A stretch of 54,602 nucleotides of DNA from an uncultured virus (IMG/VR IMGVR_UViG_3300030616_000820) (IMGVR_UViG_3300030616_000820); one strand, 5' to 3'; counted from the stretch's first letter, positions 38,933 to 48,565 are shown. Notes: a model not told the origin generated them from the sequence alone. Translations and numbers: made by a program.

Positions 38933-39480
38933 TGACAATTAAAAAGTTAAAATCAGGATGGTATAATAAGAAACTTAAAAAAATAAATCCAAAAGATGAA
39001 GAGATAGGTGCAATCTTATATGTAACTAAAGATTTTAATTCGCTTAAAAAGTTTTTAAAGAATTTAGATAATAAAAAAATTAGAGATAAAATATCTTATT
39101 ATGCAAATGATTTGATTATTGATGTATTTGATGGTTGGTGCGATACAACTATTAAAGTATATGCTAAAGTAGATTATAAAAAAAGACATGAAGATTATTT
39201 AAAATTATTTAAATAGTGATAATATGACCAAATACGACCTAGAAAAATTAAAGAAACCAACATCAACAGACTATGCAAAAAGATATATACGAATAGTTAA
39301 CAAACGAAAATACAGACCTTATTATGCAACAACTACCAAAGAAGAAGCAAAGAAAATTAAACAACTTGCCAAAAAGAAACATTATTTATCATATATAAGT
39401 CCAGCATCAGACTTTGTAAAAGAAAAACATAAAGATGCAAGATATATTGTTTGGGTAACACCAAAATGGAATAAGGTTAA

Positions 39481-41505
39481 ATGAAATGGACTATAAAATT
39501 AATAAGTATTGCCATAATTGCTGCAGTAGTTGCCATTTGTTTTTTTATTTATAATCAGCCTTATTATGAACAAGACTCTTTTACATATTCATTTACTTCC
39601 GAACAAACAAAATTAATTCCATTAAATCAAGACTTTGACCATATAGAAATTCTGGATTGGGATTATAATAAAGTAGAAAAAGAACCAAAGCAACCAATCT
39701 ATAGAACAACTTATTGCCCTTGTAATAAAGATTCATCAACAAAAGAAATAATTTATTTAGACAGACCTTATGAATATGAAATATTAAAAAAAGGAACAGA
39801 TGATACATTAAGGATTTTTGTTCCTAAAACTTTTTATAAAACAGAATCAAACACTACTTATGAATATACAACTAATTATTTAAAAATTAAAGTTTTTATG
39901 GAAAAAAGATTAGTAACAAATGCAATTTCAGCAAAACCAATTCCTTTAAATCCACAATCGCCTGATTATGAATATGTAATTATAACAAATGAAACTTTAT
40001 GGTCTACTTTTAATGATAATTTTAAAGATTGGAAAATAGCATCAGATTCAAAAATAAATGATATATGGATTGTTAATGTTTCAGATATTTTAGGTTGGAG
40101 AAGTTATTCAGTTAACAGCACTTGTGGAGATGCAACAAATGAATCTATGGGTAATCATTGGATACCAGATGGAAAAGAAGTTACAACAGCATATGGTTTG
40201 TTTAATGATACTCAGGCTCAAATTAGAAACTTTTTAAGAGATTGTTATGATACAGAAAATACAAGGTATGTTTTATTAGGTGGCAATAAAAATATGGTGC
40301 CTCCAAGAATGGCAACAACTAGAGCATCTGGTGATGGATGTAATTCTTATGATAATGATATGTCACATGCTTCGGATATGTATTATGCTTGTTTACATTA
40401 TTGTATGAATAATAATACAAATAGCTATTGGATGGAAAGTGAATGTTGTGGTAATGTATATGATGAAGTAGATTGGGGGTTTGACCTTATTGTTGGAAGA
40501 GTTCCTGTTGATACTCCAGTGGAACTTAATTTATGGATTAATAAAACAAAAGCATATGTTAGTGGTAATGACCAAGGTAATTATTTAAGTAGACAGATTT
40601 GTGCTGCAAAGGATGGTTCTAATGCAATAACAAATAGCACATGGGTTGATTTAGGTGGAGAATATGCAGCAAGTATTAGAAGACAAGTAGAACCAATAAC
40701 AAATTTTACTTTTGTTAATAATCAAAACATTACTCAAGCACAATGGTCAGTTATGGATGATTATGTTAATGGAGATATTGCCGGTTGGGATGGAATTAAT
40801 ATGATTTTACAGGCAGGTCATGCAGATTATCATAGTGGAAGACTTTGGGATAATTATCAACCTTCAGTATGTTCAAATTCTGAAACACCAAACTTTGTTT
40901 ATACAGAAGGATGTAAATGTGGGGCATTTGGGACAACTACTGTAACATGTGTTGAAGATTGGATGTCTGATGATGGATGTATGTATGCAGGAATAGTTAA
41001 TTCAGCTTATGGTTGGTTTGGTGCATCAACTTTCTTTGTTGAGAATTTATTATATGATATGTTTAATGAATCTGGAAGTCAAATAAGAACATTTTGTGAA
41101 GCACATAATCATGCAAGAGAAACACAAGGACATACAACTGCAGATGGTGTCTGGGCAATGATATATAAAGAAACAAACTTTTTTGGAGACCCAGCATTAG
41201 ATTGGGTTTGGTATGACCCATTAGAAATTATAGATATAGATAATAATGTAAATAGGTCAAATATTCATAATTTAAATCCAATTTTTAATTGGACCAAGAA
41301 AGAAGGAACTGCAAGATATTGGTTACAAATATCAAATACTTCTGACTTTTCTTCAGTTTATATAAATATAACAGATATTAATGAAACAATATATCCAGAT
41401 GAATATTCAGAAAATGTAACTGCTGTTAGCTTCATATTACCAGATGAATATAGATTGTGTTGTTATAGACAATATTATATTAGGATAAGAAATATTTACT
41501 CATGA
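39481..41505 (+). CDS. Secreted/anchored C25 (gingipain-like) cysteine peptidase with C-terminal Fn3-like module
   Basis: YEYVIIT, IRNFL, YVLLGG, SDMYYA, VGRVP, AGHA (His), GCKCGAF (Cys), NFFGDP. Confidence 0.85.
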   Translation: MKWTIKLISIAIIAAVVAICFFIYNQPYYEQDSFTYSFTSEQTKLIPLNQDFDHIEILDWDYNKVEKEPKQPIYRTTYCPCNKDSSTKEIIYLDRPYEYEILKKGTDDTLRIFVPKTFYKTESNTTYEYTTNYLKIKVFMEKRLVTNAISAKPIPLNPQSPDYEYVIITNETLWSTFNDNFKDWKIASDSKINDIWIVNVSDILGWRSYSVNSTCGDATNESMGNHWIPDGKEVTTAYGLFNDTQAQIRNFLRDCYDTENTRYVLLGGNKNMVPPRMATTRASGDGCNSYDNDMSHASDMYYACLHYCMNNNTNSYWMESECCGNVYDEVDWGFDLIVGRVPVDTPVELNLWINKTKAYVSGNDQGNYLSRQICAAKDGSNAITNSTWVDLGGEYAASIRRQVEPITNFTFVNNQNITQAQWSVMDDYVNGDIAGWDGINMILQAGHADYHSGRLWDNYQPSVCSNSETPNFVYTEGCKCGAFGTTTVTCVEDWMSDDGCMYAGIVNSAYGWFGASTFFVENLLYDMFNESGSQIRTFCEAHNHARETQGHTTADGVWAMIYKETNFFGDPALDWVWYDPLEIIDIDNNVNRSNIHNLNPIFNWTKKEGTARYWLQISNTSDFSSVYINITDINETIYPDEYSENVTAVSFILPDEYRLCCYRQYYIRIRNIYS

Positions 41506-41573
41506 TATTAATTTTATTTTTAATTTGTCCATTTTTGGTTTTTATTCCTGATATAATAATTTTTGTTATTGAA

Positions 41574-41678
41574 TATATAAAAAATAACAACCATTGTTGA
41601 CCGATTGTTAATTTTTATATACTTTCCTGTTAATTTTAAAGTTACAGAAGGAAACTTATTAACAAGTCTTTTTATACT
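41574..41678 (+). promoter_or_regulatory. Class-B promoter with 17-bp inverted repeat
   Basis: TATATAAAAAATAACAA (41574) and TTGTTAATTTTTATATA (41605..41621); reverse TTAACAGGAA; AAGTCTTTTTATACT. Confidence 0.6.
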
Positions 41679-41698
41679 ATGATTAAAATGTTTATTGT

Positions 41699-42040
41699 AT
41701 GGTAGGAGAGACAGAAAGTAAAAAAATTAAAAATACTTGTTCTGTAAGTTATCCAGATAATATAGCAAAATATCTAAACGAACATCCAAATATAAACAAA
41801 AGTGAAGTCTTTCAAAAAGCAATGTATAGATTAATGAGACCAGCTAAAAATCCTTTACTTTTAGTTATTGGAATTTTAGGTGTTTGTTTTTCTATAATGT
41901 GTATAGCAATTTCTGCAAGTGGAATATTGCTTATTTTTGGTAGTGAAGGTCTTTTGTTATCTGCAGTATTTTTCTGTGTTGGATGTGCTATATTAGCTGC
42001 ATCTGTTTTGATGTTTTATAAGGATAAAAATAGAAATTAG
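41699..42040 (+). CDS. RHH-like DNA-binding domain fused to two TM helices
   Basis: NTCSVSYPDNIAKYL...INKSEVFQKAM followed by two hydrophobic segments. Confidence 0.55.
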   Translation: MVGETESKKIKNTCSVSYPDNIAKYLNEHPNINKSEVFQKAMYRLMRPAKNPLLLVIGILGVCFSIMCIAISASGILLIFGSEGLLLSAVFFCVGCAILAASVLMFYKDKNRN

Positions 42041-42053
42041 AGGTTTTTAATTA

Positions 42054-42527
42054 ATGCCTATACAACAAATGCCCGAACCTGAATTTCAGGATGATATTGG
42101 TCAAGATATTGCATTAACTGTTACTCAGTTTGTACTAAAACCAGATATACCACCAGAAGAAAGAGAACATTTTAAAAATTTTATGGTAATGTTTTCTAAG
42201 ATTGCTGCTTTAGGTAATATCCGACGTCAAGATATTTTAAAATTCATTGTTATGTATAATCAAATTGTTCTTTTATTAGACAATGGATTTTATGATATTG
42301 CTAGAGAATATATGGGAGAATATCTAATGGTTTTACAGTTAACAAGGTCAATTGGTGGGTTCTTTACTTTGTACGGACAAGGAATTCAAAGGTCTGAAAG
42401 TATTAGTAAAGTTCTTGATAGTACTAGAAGAAGGTCAACTGGTGGGAGATTATCAAGATTATTTAGAGGAAAAAAAGCAGAATCGAGAGAAAGATATAAT
42501 ATGGATGAATCAATAGGAGGATTATAA
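42054..42527 (+). CDS. Hypothetical protein (putative morphogenesis module)
   Basis: 157-aa ORF with GAGGT RBS. Confidence 0.65.
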   Translation: MPIQQMPEPEFQDDIGQDIALTVTQFVLKPDIPPEEREHFKNFMVMFSKIAALGNIRRQDILKFIVMYNQIVLLLDNGFYDIAREYMGEYLMVLQLTRSIGGFFTLYGQGIQRSESISKVLDSTRRRSTGGRLSRLFRGKKAESRERYNMDESIGGL

Positions 42528-42531
42528 TAAA

Positions 42532-43044
42532 ATGTTTTTAGGAATAGCATATGCATGTGTGATATTTGGATGTATAATTGCAGGGATAATGGGATTGTTT
42601 TCTGCCGATGTTCAATTAATAATACCAGATTTTTTTAGATACTTGTTTTTTATGTGTGGGTTAATAATTGCTTTTACTGGCATTATGGTATTGCATTTAA
42701 GAATGACAAAAACAGGTGTTATTCATTTTATACCACCTGGTTCACCAAGAAGAATTATTTGGCTTTATGTTAGAAAAAACAATGATATTGAAATTTTTCC
42801 AGGAGTAAATAAAGCAGAAGGACAATTGTATAGTAAAAAGATTGATGGACAAATTCAGGATATTAAATCTTATAGAATGCATGATACTCCTGTTCGGATA
42901 GTTGCAGAATCTATAGGTCATACTTTGGATTTAGATTATGTTTTATATGTTAATCTTTTGAAAGATAAATATGGTTTAAAATCTTTAAAAGCTGCAAGAG
43001 AACATGTAAAAAGATTAACAACAGAAGGTGACATAGATGGGTAG
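42532..43044 (+). CDS. Two-TM membrane protein with soluble C-terminal domain
   Basis: Two N-terminal hydrophobic helices. Confidence 0.7.
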   Translation: MFLGIAYACVIFGCIIAGIMGLFSADVQLIIPDFFRYLFFMCGLIIAFTGIMVLHLRMTKTGVIHFIPPGSPRRIIWLYVRKNNDIEIFPGVNKAEGQLYSKKIDGQIQDIKSYRMHDTPVRIVAESIGHTLDLDYVLYVNLLKDKYGLKSLKAAREHVKRLTTEGDIDG

Positions 43045-43576
43045 ATTAGAAAGAAGAACAGGAAATTCAAATGTTCCTTATTTTGAGGCTGTTGATAATG
43101 AAGAAGAATATGATGATTATGATGAAGATGAATATGTTGAAGAAACACAACAGTTACAAAGAAGACCAAGCCCAACACCAAGACAAAGAAGTTTATTAAA
43201 AAAAATATTACCAAAAATAAGGAGACAACCTTCAGAATTTGGTTCGTCAAGAAATTCATATTTACTTGCAAAAGATATAGAAAATAACCCAACACCTGAA
43301 GGAAAGTTAAGAGTATCTTTTAGTGGTAGACCTTTAGATTTACATGCATTAGAGGATTATTTGGTTTGGCATACAAGCCCTTTAACAATTAAAACAATTC
43401 TTAGGTATGGACATGCAAAAACAATGGAAGATATTAGAGGATATACTAATGTATTACAAAGACGTGGTGGAGATAGTAAAATGTTAGTTATGATTGTACT
43501 TGCTATTATTTTAATGGTTGGTGGAATAATGTTTTTACTTTATGGTCCAAAATTAAGTACATTCTTTGGAATGTGA
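43037..43576 (+). CDS. Protein with acidic N-terminal tract and C-terminal TM anchor
   Basis: DNEEEYDDYDEDEY; C-terminal MLVMIVLAIILMVGG. Confidence 0.7.
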   Translation: MGRLERRTGNSNVPYFEAVDNEEEYDDYDEDEYVEETQQLQRRPSPTPRQRSLLKKILPKIRRQPSEFGSSRNSYLLAKDIENNPTPEGKLRVSFSGRPLDLHALEDYLVWHTSPLTIKTILRYGHAKTMEDIRGYTNVLQRRGGDSKMLVMIVLAIILMVGGIMFLLYGPKLSTFFGM

Positions 43577-43705
43577 TAAATATGAAGAGTTGGTGGAAAG
43601 AGGAATTAAAAAAAAGTATAGAAGAAGGTAAAAGGCGAGGGAGAGAAAAAAGATTAGAACATAATACAAAAGTTAAAAAGTTTTTTGGAAGGAGGAAAAA
43701 GAAAG

Positions 43706-44293
43706 ATGAACGAAAGGATAAAGACAGCACTGATTAGTATTATTATTGTTTTAGTTGTTTTTTCTATAGGTTATTCGTCTTATAATGTTTTATGTTCTGT
43801 AGAAGGGCCTGAAACAAGTCAGAGTGTAATGTCAAATGCATCTGCAAGTCCATCTGGTTATTCCTTTGAAAGTTCAGGTGTTGTTGTTTTTAATATATTA
43901 TTACCACTTATGATTATAGGAGTAATAATTTTAGTAACTACAATATTATTTTATACAGTTAGGTCTCCAGAAAATTTTGAAAGGACAAACAAAGTTTTTA
44001 AGTTTTTAATATCATCTGCTTATTATTTTGCATATGGTGTAATCTTTGTTGTGATACTTGCAGTCCCAAGTTATTTGGCATATTTATTATATAACTATTC
44101 AGTTGTGGAAGGAAATACTGGAACAATATTGGTAATGTTAAAATGGGTTGCAATATTAACTGGTGTTTTCTTTGGAATTGCAGGACTTGGATATGTATTT
44201 AAAAAATACTTTGTTGACAGACTTAAAGAAAGACTTGGGGAAAAAGAATATAAACAAAATATGGATGAATTGCCAAAAGGAGAGATGAATTAA
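43706..44293 (+). CDS. Four-TM membrane protein
   Basis: GGAGG RBS; four hydrophobic segments. Confidence 0.7.
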   Translation: MNERIKTALISIIIVLVVFSIGYSSYNVLCSVEGPETSQSVMSNASASPSGYSFESSGVVVFNILLPLMIIGVIILVTTILFYTVRSPENFERTNKVFKFLISSAYYFAYGVIFVVILAVPSYLAYLLYNYSVVEGNTGTILVMLKWVAILTGVFFGIAGLGYVFKKYFVDRLKERLGEKEYKQNMDELPKGEMN

Positions 44294-44598
44294 TGAAAAC
44301 TTTTGATAGTTTAACAAAAAAAGAAAAAGAAACATTTAGAATATTTAGCATATATTCAATTCCATATGTAATTGGATTGTCAACAATGATGATTACAATT
44401 CTTATTATTGGAGTAGTAGTATGTATTTTTGTTGCATCAGATGGAAAATTAAATGCAATTTTTGGTTTAATTTCTTGGATGCTTATGATATCAATGTATT
44501 TTATAATGATATATTTTTCTAGAAAATATAAAAAGCAAATGAGACAAATCTTTGGATTTGATGATTTAGAAAAAGGAATGTTAAAGGAGGAAAAATAA
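44293..44598 (+). CDS. Two-TM membrane protein
   Basis: TAATG overlap; hydrophobic core. Confidence 0.7.
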   Translation: MKTFDSLTKKEKETFRIFSIYSIPYVIGLSTMMITILIIGVVVCIFVASDGKLNAIFGLISWMLMISMYFIMIYFSRKYKKQMRQIFGFDDLEKGMLKEEK

Positions 44599-45096
44599 AT
44601 GATTGGAGAACAAAAAACATATATTAGAACTTGGGAAGAATTAGTAATGGATAGAATTGCTCAGGCATTTCATTCAAGAGACCAAGAAAATCCAGAACTG
44701 TTTGACAGTATATTGGATGAAATAGAAATGTTATTTGGGTTAGTACCTGAAATACATCAAGAACTTATGGCAGCTAAAGAACATAAACAATCAATAGTTA
44801 AAAATGCAGTTAAAGAGGCAGAAAGGAAAGCAATGACAGCACCAGATGATATAACAAAGAAATTTGTTTATAACAAAGAAGTTTATGCAATAGAATGGGA
44901 CTATCGTTCTGACATGTTAGAAGAAGTATTAAAATTAATGGGTTCATATCAAAAAATACCATTTACTAAACAATCAAGAGCAGAAATTACATCTACACCA
45001 TATGAACCAAAAAAGAAAGAAGAAGTTGCAGAAATAGAACCAAAACCAGAAGGGAAACAAATAGAAAAGACACCACAGTTTACAGAAGCTAAATAA
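44599..45096 (+). CDS. Hypothetical helical protein
   Basis: 165-aa ORF with GGAGG RBS. Confidence 0.65.
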   Translation: MIGEQKTYIRTWEELVMDRIAQAFHSRDQENPELFDSILDEIEMLFGLVPEIHQELMAAKEHKQSIVKNAVKEAERKAMTAPDDITKKFVYNKEVYAIEWDYRSDMLEEVLKLMGSYQKIPFTKQSRAEITSTPYEPKKKEEVAEIEPKPEGKQIEKTPQFTEAK

Positions 45097-45097
45097 T

Positions 45098-45571
45098 ATG
45101 GTTTCTAAAAAACAAAAGCAAAGAGAGTATAAAGAACAGGCTCAACATTTAACATATATAGATACTCTTAATCATCAAACAATGTTAAGAGAAAGAGTTG
45201 AACAGTTAATCAAAACAAAAGGACATTTAACACCAACTCAAAGAACTAAATTTTTAAATGAACTGTCTAAGGCATTATTTGGGATGGGAACTTTTGAACA
45301 GGTTTATTTAGAAACAAGAAAAGGATTAATTCCTTTAGGTGATTTACATTACTTTGGAGAAAAACTATCTTATATTCATACAAATAAAATTGATATTAAA
45401 TATAATGGTAAAAAATATACAATACCAATAGAAGAACTTTGGAAATTATTTTTAGAACATTTATTGGTTGTTTTTCCCAAAGCTCAAAGGGAAGCACATA
45501 GTAGGTCGGCAGAAAGAGAATATTATGAACCTGGTGGAGCATTAGAATATCTACCAAAGAAAAGGTATTAA
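45098..45571 (+). CDS. Hypothetical protein
   Basis: 157-aa ORF coupled to its neighbours. Confidence 0.65.
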   Translation: MVSKKQKQREYKEQAQHLTYIDTLNHQTMLRERVEQLIKTKGHLTPTQRTKFLNELSKALFGMGTFEQVYLETRKGLIPLGDLHYFGEKLSYIHTNKIDIKYNGKKYTIPIEELWKLFLEHLLVVFPKAQREAHSRSAEREYYEPGGALEYLPKKRY

Positions 45572-45573
45572 CA

Positions 45574-46434
45574 ATGGAAATGGGCGAAGAAATACAATTT
45601 GGTTCTATGCAAGAACAGATGGCTGCAATGATACTTGATAGAATACATGGTCGAGATTTAAATTTAGGTGCAGTATTTTCTGAAACAACTGGAATGCCAG
45701 GAAGTGCAAAATCATCCATTGACCTTTCTTTTGCTGAAGATACTTGTTTAAATTATCCAAACGAAAAAGTATTTTGGAGAAGTACATATAATACACCATT
45801 ACAATTTTTAAAACTCCCAAAATCAAGATGGAATATAATGAGGCAAGAAGAATCTAAAGTTTCTTTTTGGGATATGAGTACTGAACAAGAACTTGATATT
45901 AAATACACACCTTTTAAAAACTATAGGGAACTTTATGAAAGAGCAAAACCAGGTAAAGTTAATGCAGTATTTTTTCAACAAACAAAATTTTGGAGAGATT
46001 TTATACATTGGCAATTGGATAATACAGGAATTGATTGGACTACAAATATTATAGATGAATATGGAGATTTAGCTCCTGCTTTTGCAAAGAAGGAAGAATG
46101 GCACGAAGTAGAGAAATTTGCAAGAACATTAAAGGATGTTAGAAAATGTAGAGTTAATGTTCATACAAATACTCAAAGTGTTACAGATATTTATTATAAA
46201 ATCAGAACAAAAATAATTGTTGCAATCTATTTATTTGGTGCAAAAGCATCAAGTAAAGGTAGGGTTACACAAGAAGCAATAGATAGATTAAAACTTAATC
46301 CAATTACTGGTAATGAAGCATGGTTGGAATTAGGTGGTAGCATTTTTGGTAAAACAAAGTTTAGAAAGATATATCATCCAAAGCCAGATTATTTATGGGT
46401 TGCAAGAAGAACAGGCGAATATAGAGAAAGATAG
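45574..46434 (+). CDS. Zot/FtsK-HerA-like P-loop ATPase, putative genome packaging/extrusion ATPase
   Basis: Walker A TGMPGSAKS, Walker B NIIDEYG, downstream VRK...NTQ....Y..IR motif typical of this clade. Confidence 0.7.
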   Translation: MEMGEEIQFGSMQEQMAAMILDRIHGRDLNLGAVFSETTGMPGSAKSSIDLSFAEDTCLNYPNEKVFWRSTYNTPLQFLKLPKSRWNIMRQEESKVSFWDMSTEQELDIKYTPFKNYRELYERAKPGKVNAVFFQQTKFWRDFIHWQLDNTGIDWTTNIIDEYGDLAPAFAKKEEWHEVEKFARTLKDVRKCRVNVHTNTQSVTDIYYKIRTKIIVAIYLFGAKASSKGRVTQEAIDRLKLNPITGNEAWLELGGSIFGKTKFRKIYHPKPDYLWVARRTGEYRER

Positions 46435-46464
46435 AAATATTAAAATTTTAGTAACCTTTATATA
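46435..46464 (+). promoter_or_regulatory. Class-A promoter AAATATTAAAA-N11-TTTATATA
   Basis: Conserved motif and spacing; about 30 nt upstream of the MTase start. Confidence 0.7.
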
Positions 46465-46494
46465 GCTTAATTTATATTGTTTTGTTAGATAAAT

Positions 46495-47895
46495 ATGGAA
46501 AATAAAATTATTTGTGGCGATTGCTTTGAAGTTTTAAAGAAAATTAAATCTGATTCTGTTGACTTTATTTATTTAGACCCACCATTTAGTAGTAATAAAA
46601 ATTATGTTGGGTTTTGGCAGAAGACCGGAGAAGAATTAGTATTCGATGACCATTGGATATCAGGGGTAAAAGGATATATTAAATGGTTGAAACCTAGAAT
46701 AAAACAATGCCACAGGATTTTAAAATCAACAGGTTCATTTTATTTACACTGTGATTTGCATGCAAATGCCCATATTAGAATTATGTTAGATGAAATATTT
46801 GGTCATAACAACTTTAGAAATGAATTAATATGGCATTATGCAAAAATGGGAAATGCATCTAAAAACTTTTTACAAAATCATGATGTAATATTTTTTTATA
46901 CTAAAACAGATGATTATTATTTTGAACCTCAGTATTTAGAAGAACCATCTGCATTAAGAGAAAGATTTGAAAGTTTAATTGGAGAAGATAATACATTAAG
47001 ATGGAAACATGTTAAAAATATAAAACAACAGTTATTAGATTCATATATTAGAAGCACCAAAAAAAGATTAGGTAAGAAATTTTTAGATAATAATGATATT
47101 ATTTTAGATTTTAGATTACCAGAAAAAGGATGTAAAAAAGTTGATAATGTTTTTAATGATATACCTTTACTTAAAGGCAATACAAAAGAAAGACTTGGTT
47201 ATCCAACTCAAAAACCAGAGAAACTATTAGAAAGATTAATATTAGCATCTTGTCCACCAAGTGGTGTTGTATTAGACCCATACTGTGGATGTGGAACAAC
47301 GATAGCAGTTGCATCAAAATTACAAAGGAAATTTATAGGTATTGATTTATCTAGACTTGCAGTTAGGGTAATGAACAATAGATTAAAAAGAATAAGAAAC
47401 TTACCCGAAGTTGTAAAAGGATTTAATTGGAGGCTTAGAATTCCAGATAATATTTCAGATATTAAAAACTATGATTGGTTTAATTTTCAGACTTGGGTTA
47501 ACGAAAAACTTGGTGCATTACAAGGTAAAAAAGGAGCAGACGGTGGAATAGATGGAATTACTTTTCATCAACATACTGTAATTCCTTGTTGTGTAAGAAA
47601 TAAGAATGTTGTATTACCTGAAGGAACTTTAATACAAACAAAACATTTTGCTAAAGGCTCTATAGGTGTGCCATATTTAAAGAAGTTTGAATCTACATTA
47701 AGACAAAATAAAAAGACAAAAGGATTAATTGTTGGGTGGGAATTTGCAAAAGGAACATATGAATATGTATTGGATGCAAAAGAAAGGAATATTAATATTT
47801 ATTTATTAAAGGCAAATGAATTATATAAATTAGAGACATTAGAAAGTCCATATAAAGAAGAATATAAAGTTGGTTATCAAAAGAGGATAGAATGA
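46495..47895 (+). CDS. Beta-class N6A/N4C DNA methyltransferase fused to an Mrr-like PD-(D/E)xK nuclease domain
   Basis: IYLDPPF (motif IV) precedes YPTQKP and VLDPYCGCGTT (motif I); C-terminal GADGGIDG...IQTK. Confidence 0.85.
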   Translation: MENKIICGDCFEVLKKIKSDSVDFIYLDPPFSSNKNYVGFWQKTGEELVFDDHWISGVKGYIKWLKPRIKQCHRILKSTGSFYLHCDLHANAHIRIMLDEIFGHNNFRNELIWHYAKMGNASKNFLQNHDVIFFYTKTDDYYFEPQYLEEPSALRERFESLIGEDNTLRWKHVKNIKQQLLDSYIRSTKKRLGKKFLDNNDIILDFRLPEKGCKKVDNVFNDIPLLKGNTKERLGYPTQKPEKLLERLILASCPPSGVVLDPYCGCGTTIAVASKLQRKFIGIDLSRLAVRVMNNRLKRIRNLPEVVKGFNWRLRIPDNISDIKNYDWFNFQTWVNEKLGALQGKKGADGGIDGITFHQHTVIPCCVRNKNVVLPEGTLIQTKHFAKGSIGVPYLKKFESTLRQNKKTKGLIVGWEFAKGTYEYVLDAKERNINIYLLKANELYKLETLESPYKEEYKVGYQKRIE

Positions 47896-47999
47896 TTTGT
47901 ACTATATGCGGTGTTAATGAAACAGATAACCCCGATGGGATATGTGATGACTGCAAAATGAGTATGATTAGTAATGATGATATCCCACCAACTTTTTAA
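47892..47999 (+). CDS. 35-aa Zn-finger peptide
   Basis: MICTICG...ICDDC; ATGA overlap. Confidence 0.55.
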   Translation: MICTICGVNETDNPDGICDDCKMSMISNDDIPPTF

Positions 48000-48019
48000 A
48001 AAAACAAAGGAGAAATAAA

Positions 48020-48193
48020 ATGGCAGAAAAAGAATGGAAACCACCAACAATGGAAGAATTGTTTGGGATGGAACCAAAAAAGAAAAAGACGCAAGTAGAA
48101 CAACCAAAGAAAGATATTACACCTTTGGTTAACAGATTAAAAACTATAAGAAACCAATTGGATGAAGTAATTGAAGAAATGGATAATATGTGA
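48020..48193 (+). CDS. 57-aa hypothetical protein with C-terminal coiled coil
   Basis: AGGAG RBS; MAEKEWKPP...LKTIRNQLDEVIEEM. Confidence 0.55.
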   Translation: MAEKEWKPPTMEELFGMEPKKKKTQVEQPKKDITPLVNRLKTIRNQLDEVIEEMDNM

Positions 48194-48300
48194 TTTCAAT
48201 TTTCCATTTTTCCAACCTAGTGTAAAATTGAATCACTCCATATATTTTTTTAATTTTCCATTTTTCCATTATAAGACCCTAGTTTTTTATATATAGTACA
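48193..48300 (+). repeat. About 100-bp dispersed repeat, copy 2, with TTTTCCA units
   Basis: ATTTCAATTTTCCATTTTTCCAAC.TAGTGTAAAA...TTTTCCATTTTTCCA...CCCTAGTTTTT(TT)ATATA matches 851..960. Confidence 0.7.
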
Positions 48301-48356
48301 TAGTAATAACAACATTTAAGTTATAGTAAAACAATATAAAATAGGAGATAAATAAA

Positions 48357-48518
48357 ATGCCATTAGGCGATAGAACAGGTCCAAGAGGCAAAGGACCAAA
48401 AACAGGTCGAGGTCTTGGTCTTTGTACTGGTAATAAAGAACCAGGCTACAAAAACCCTAGAGCTAGGCCATTAGGCAGAGGTCGTGCTCAAGGTAGAGGA
48501 CGACGACGTCGATACTAA
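48357..48518 (+). CDS. DUF5320-like Gly/Arg-rich small protein
   Basis: MPLGDRTGPRGKGPKTGRGLGLCTG matches the MPxGDxTGPxGxGPxTGRGxGxC family pattern. Confidence 0.75.
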   Translation: MPLGDRTGPRGKGPKTGRGLGLCTGNKEPGYKNPRARPLGRGRAQGRGRRRRY

Positions 48519-48553
48519 AAGAAGGAAAAAATCCTTCTTTTTATTTATTTTTT
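48519..48553 (+). terminator. Stem-loop plus T-tract
   Basis: AGAAGGA-aaaaa-TCCTTCT followed by a T-rich run. Confidence 0.6.
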
Positions 48554-48565
48554 GTATTACTTTAA

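Larger units (their letters stand above)
31040..39484 (+). other. Array of more than 30 tiny, mostly Lys/Arg-rich genes (about 26-125 aa), each with its own RBS; the 205-aa nucleotidyltransferase gene lies within it
   Basis: Tightly packed ORFs preceded by GGAGG/GGTGA, many with stop-start overlaps; recurring [FY]x[ST]KxxA helix motif; several CxxC-CxxC peptides. Confidence 0.75.

Noticed and set aside
31040..39484. CRISPR array or integron cassette array
   Set aside because: No regularly spaced repeat, no attC-like palindromes, and no cas or integrase gene; only sporadic junction repeats
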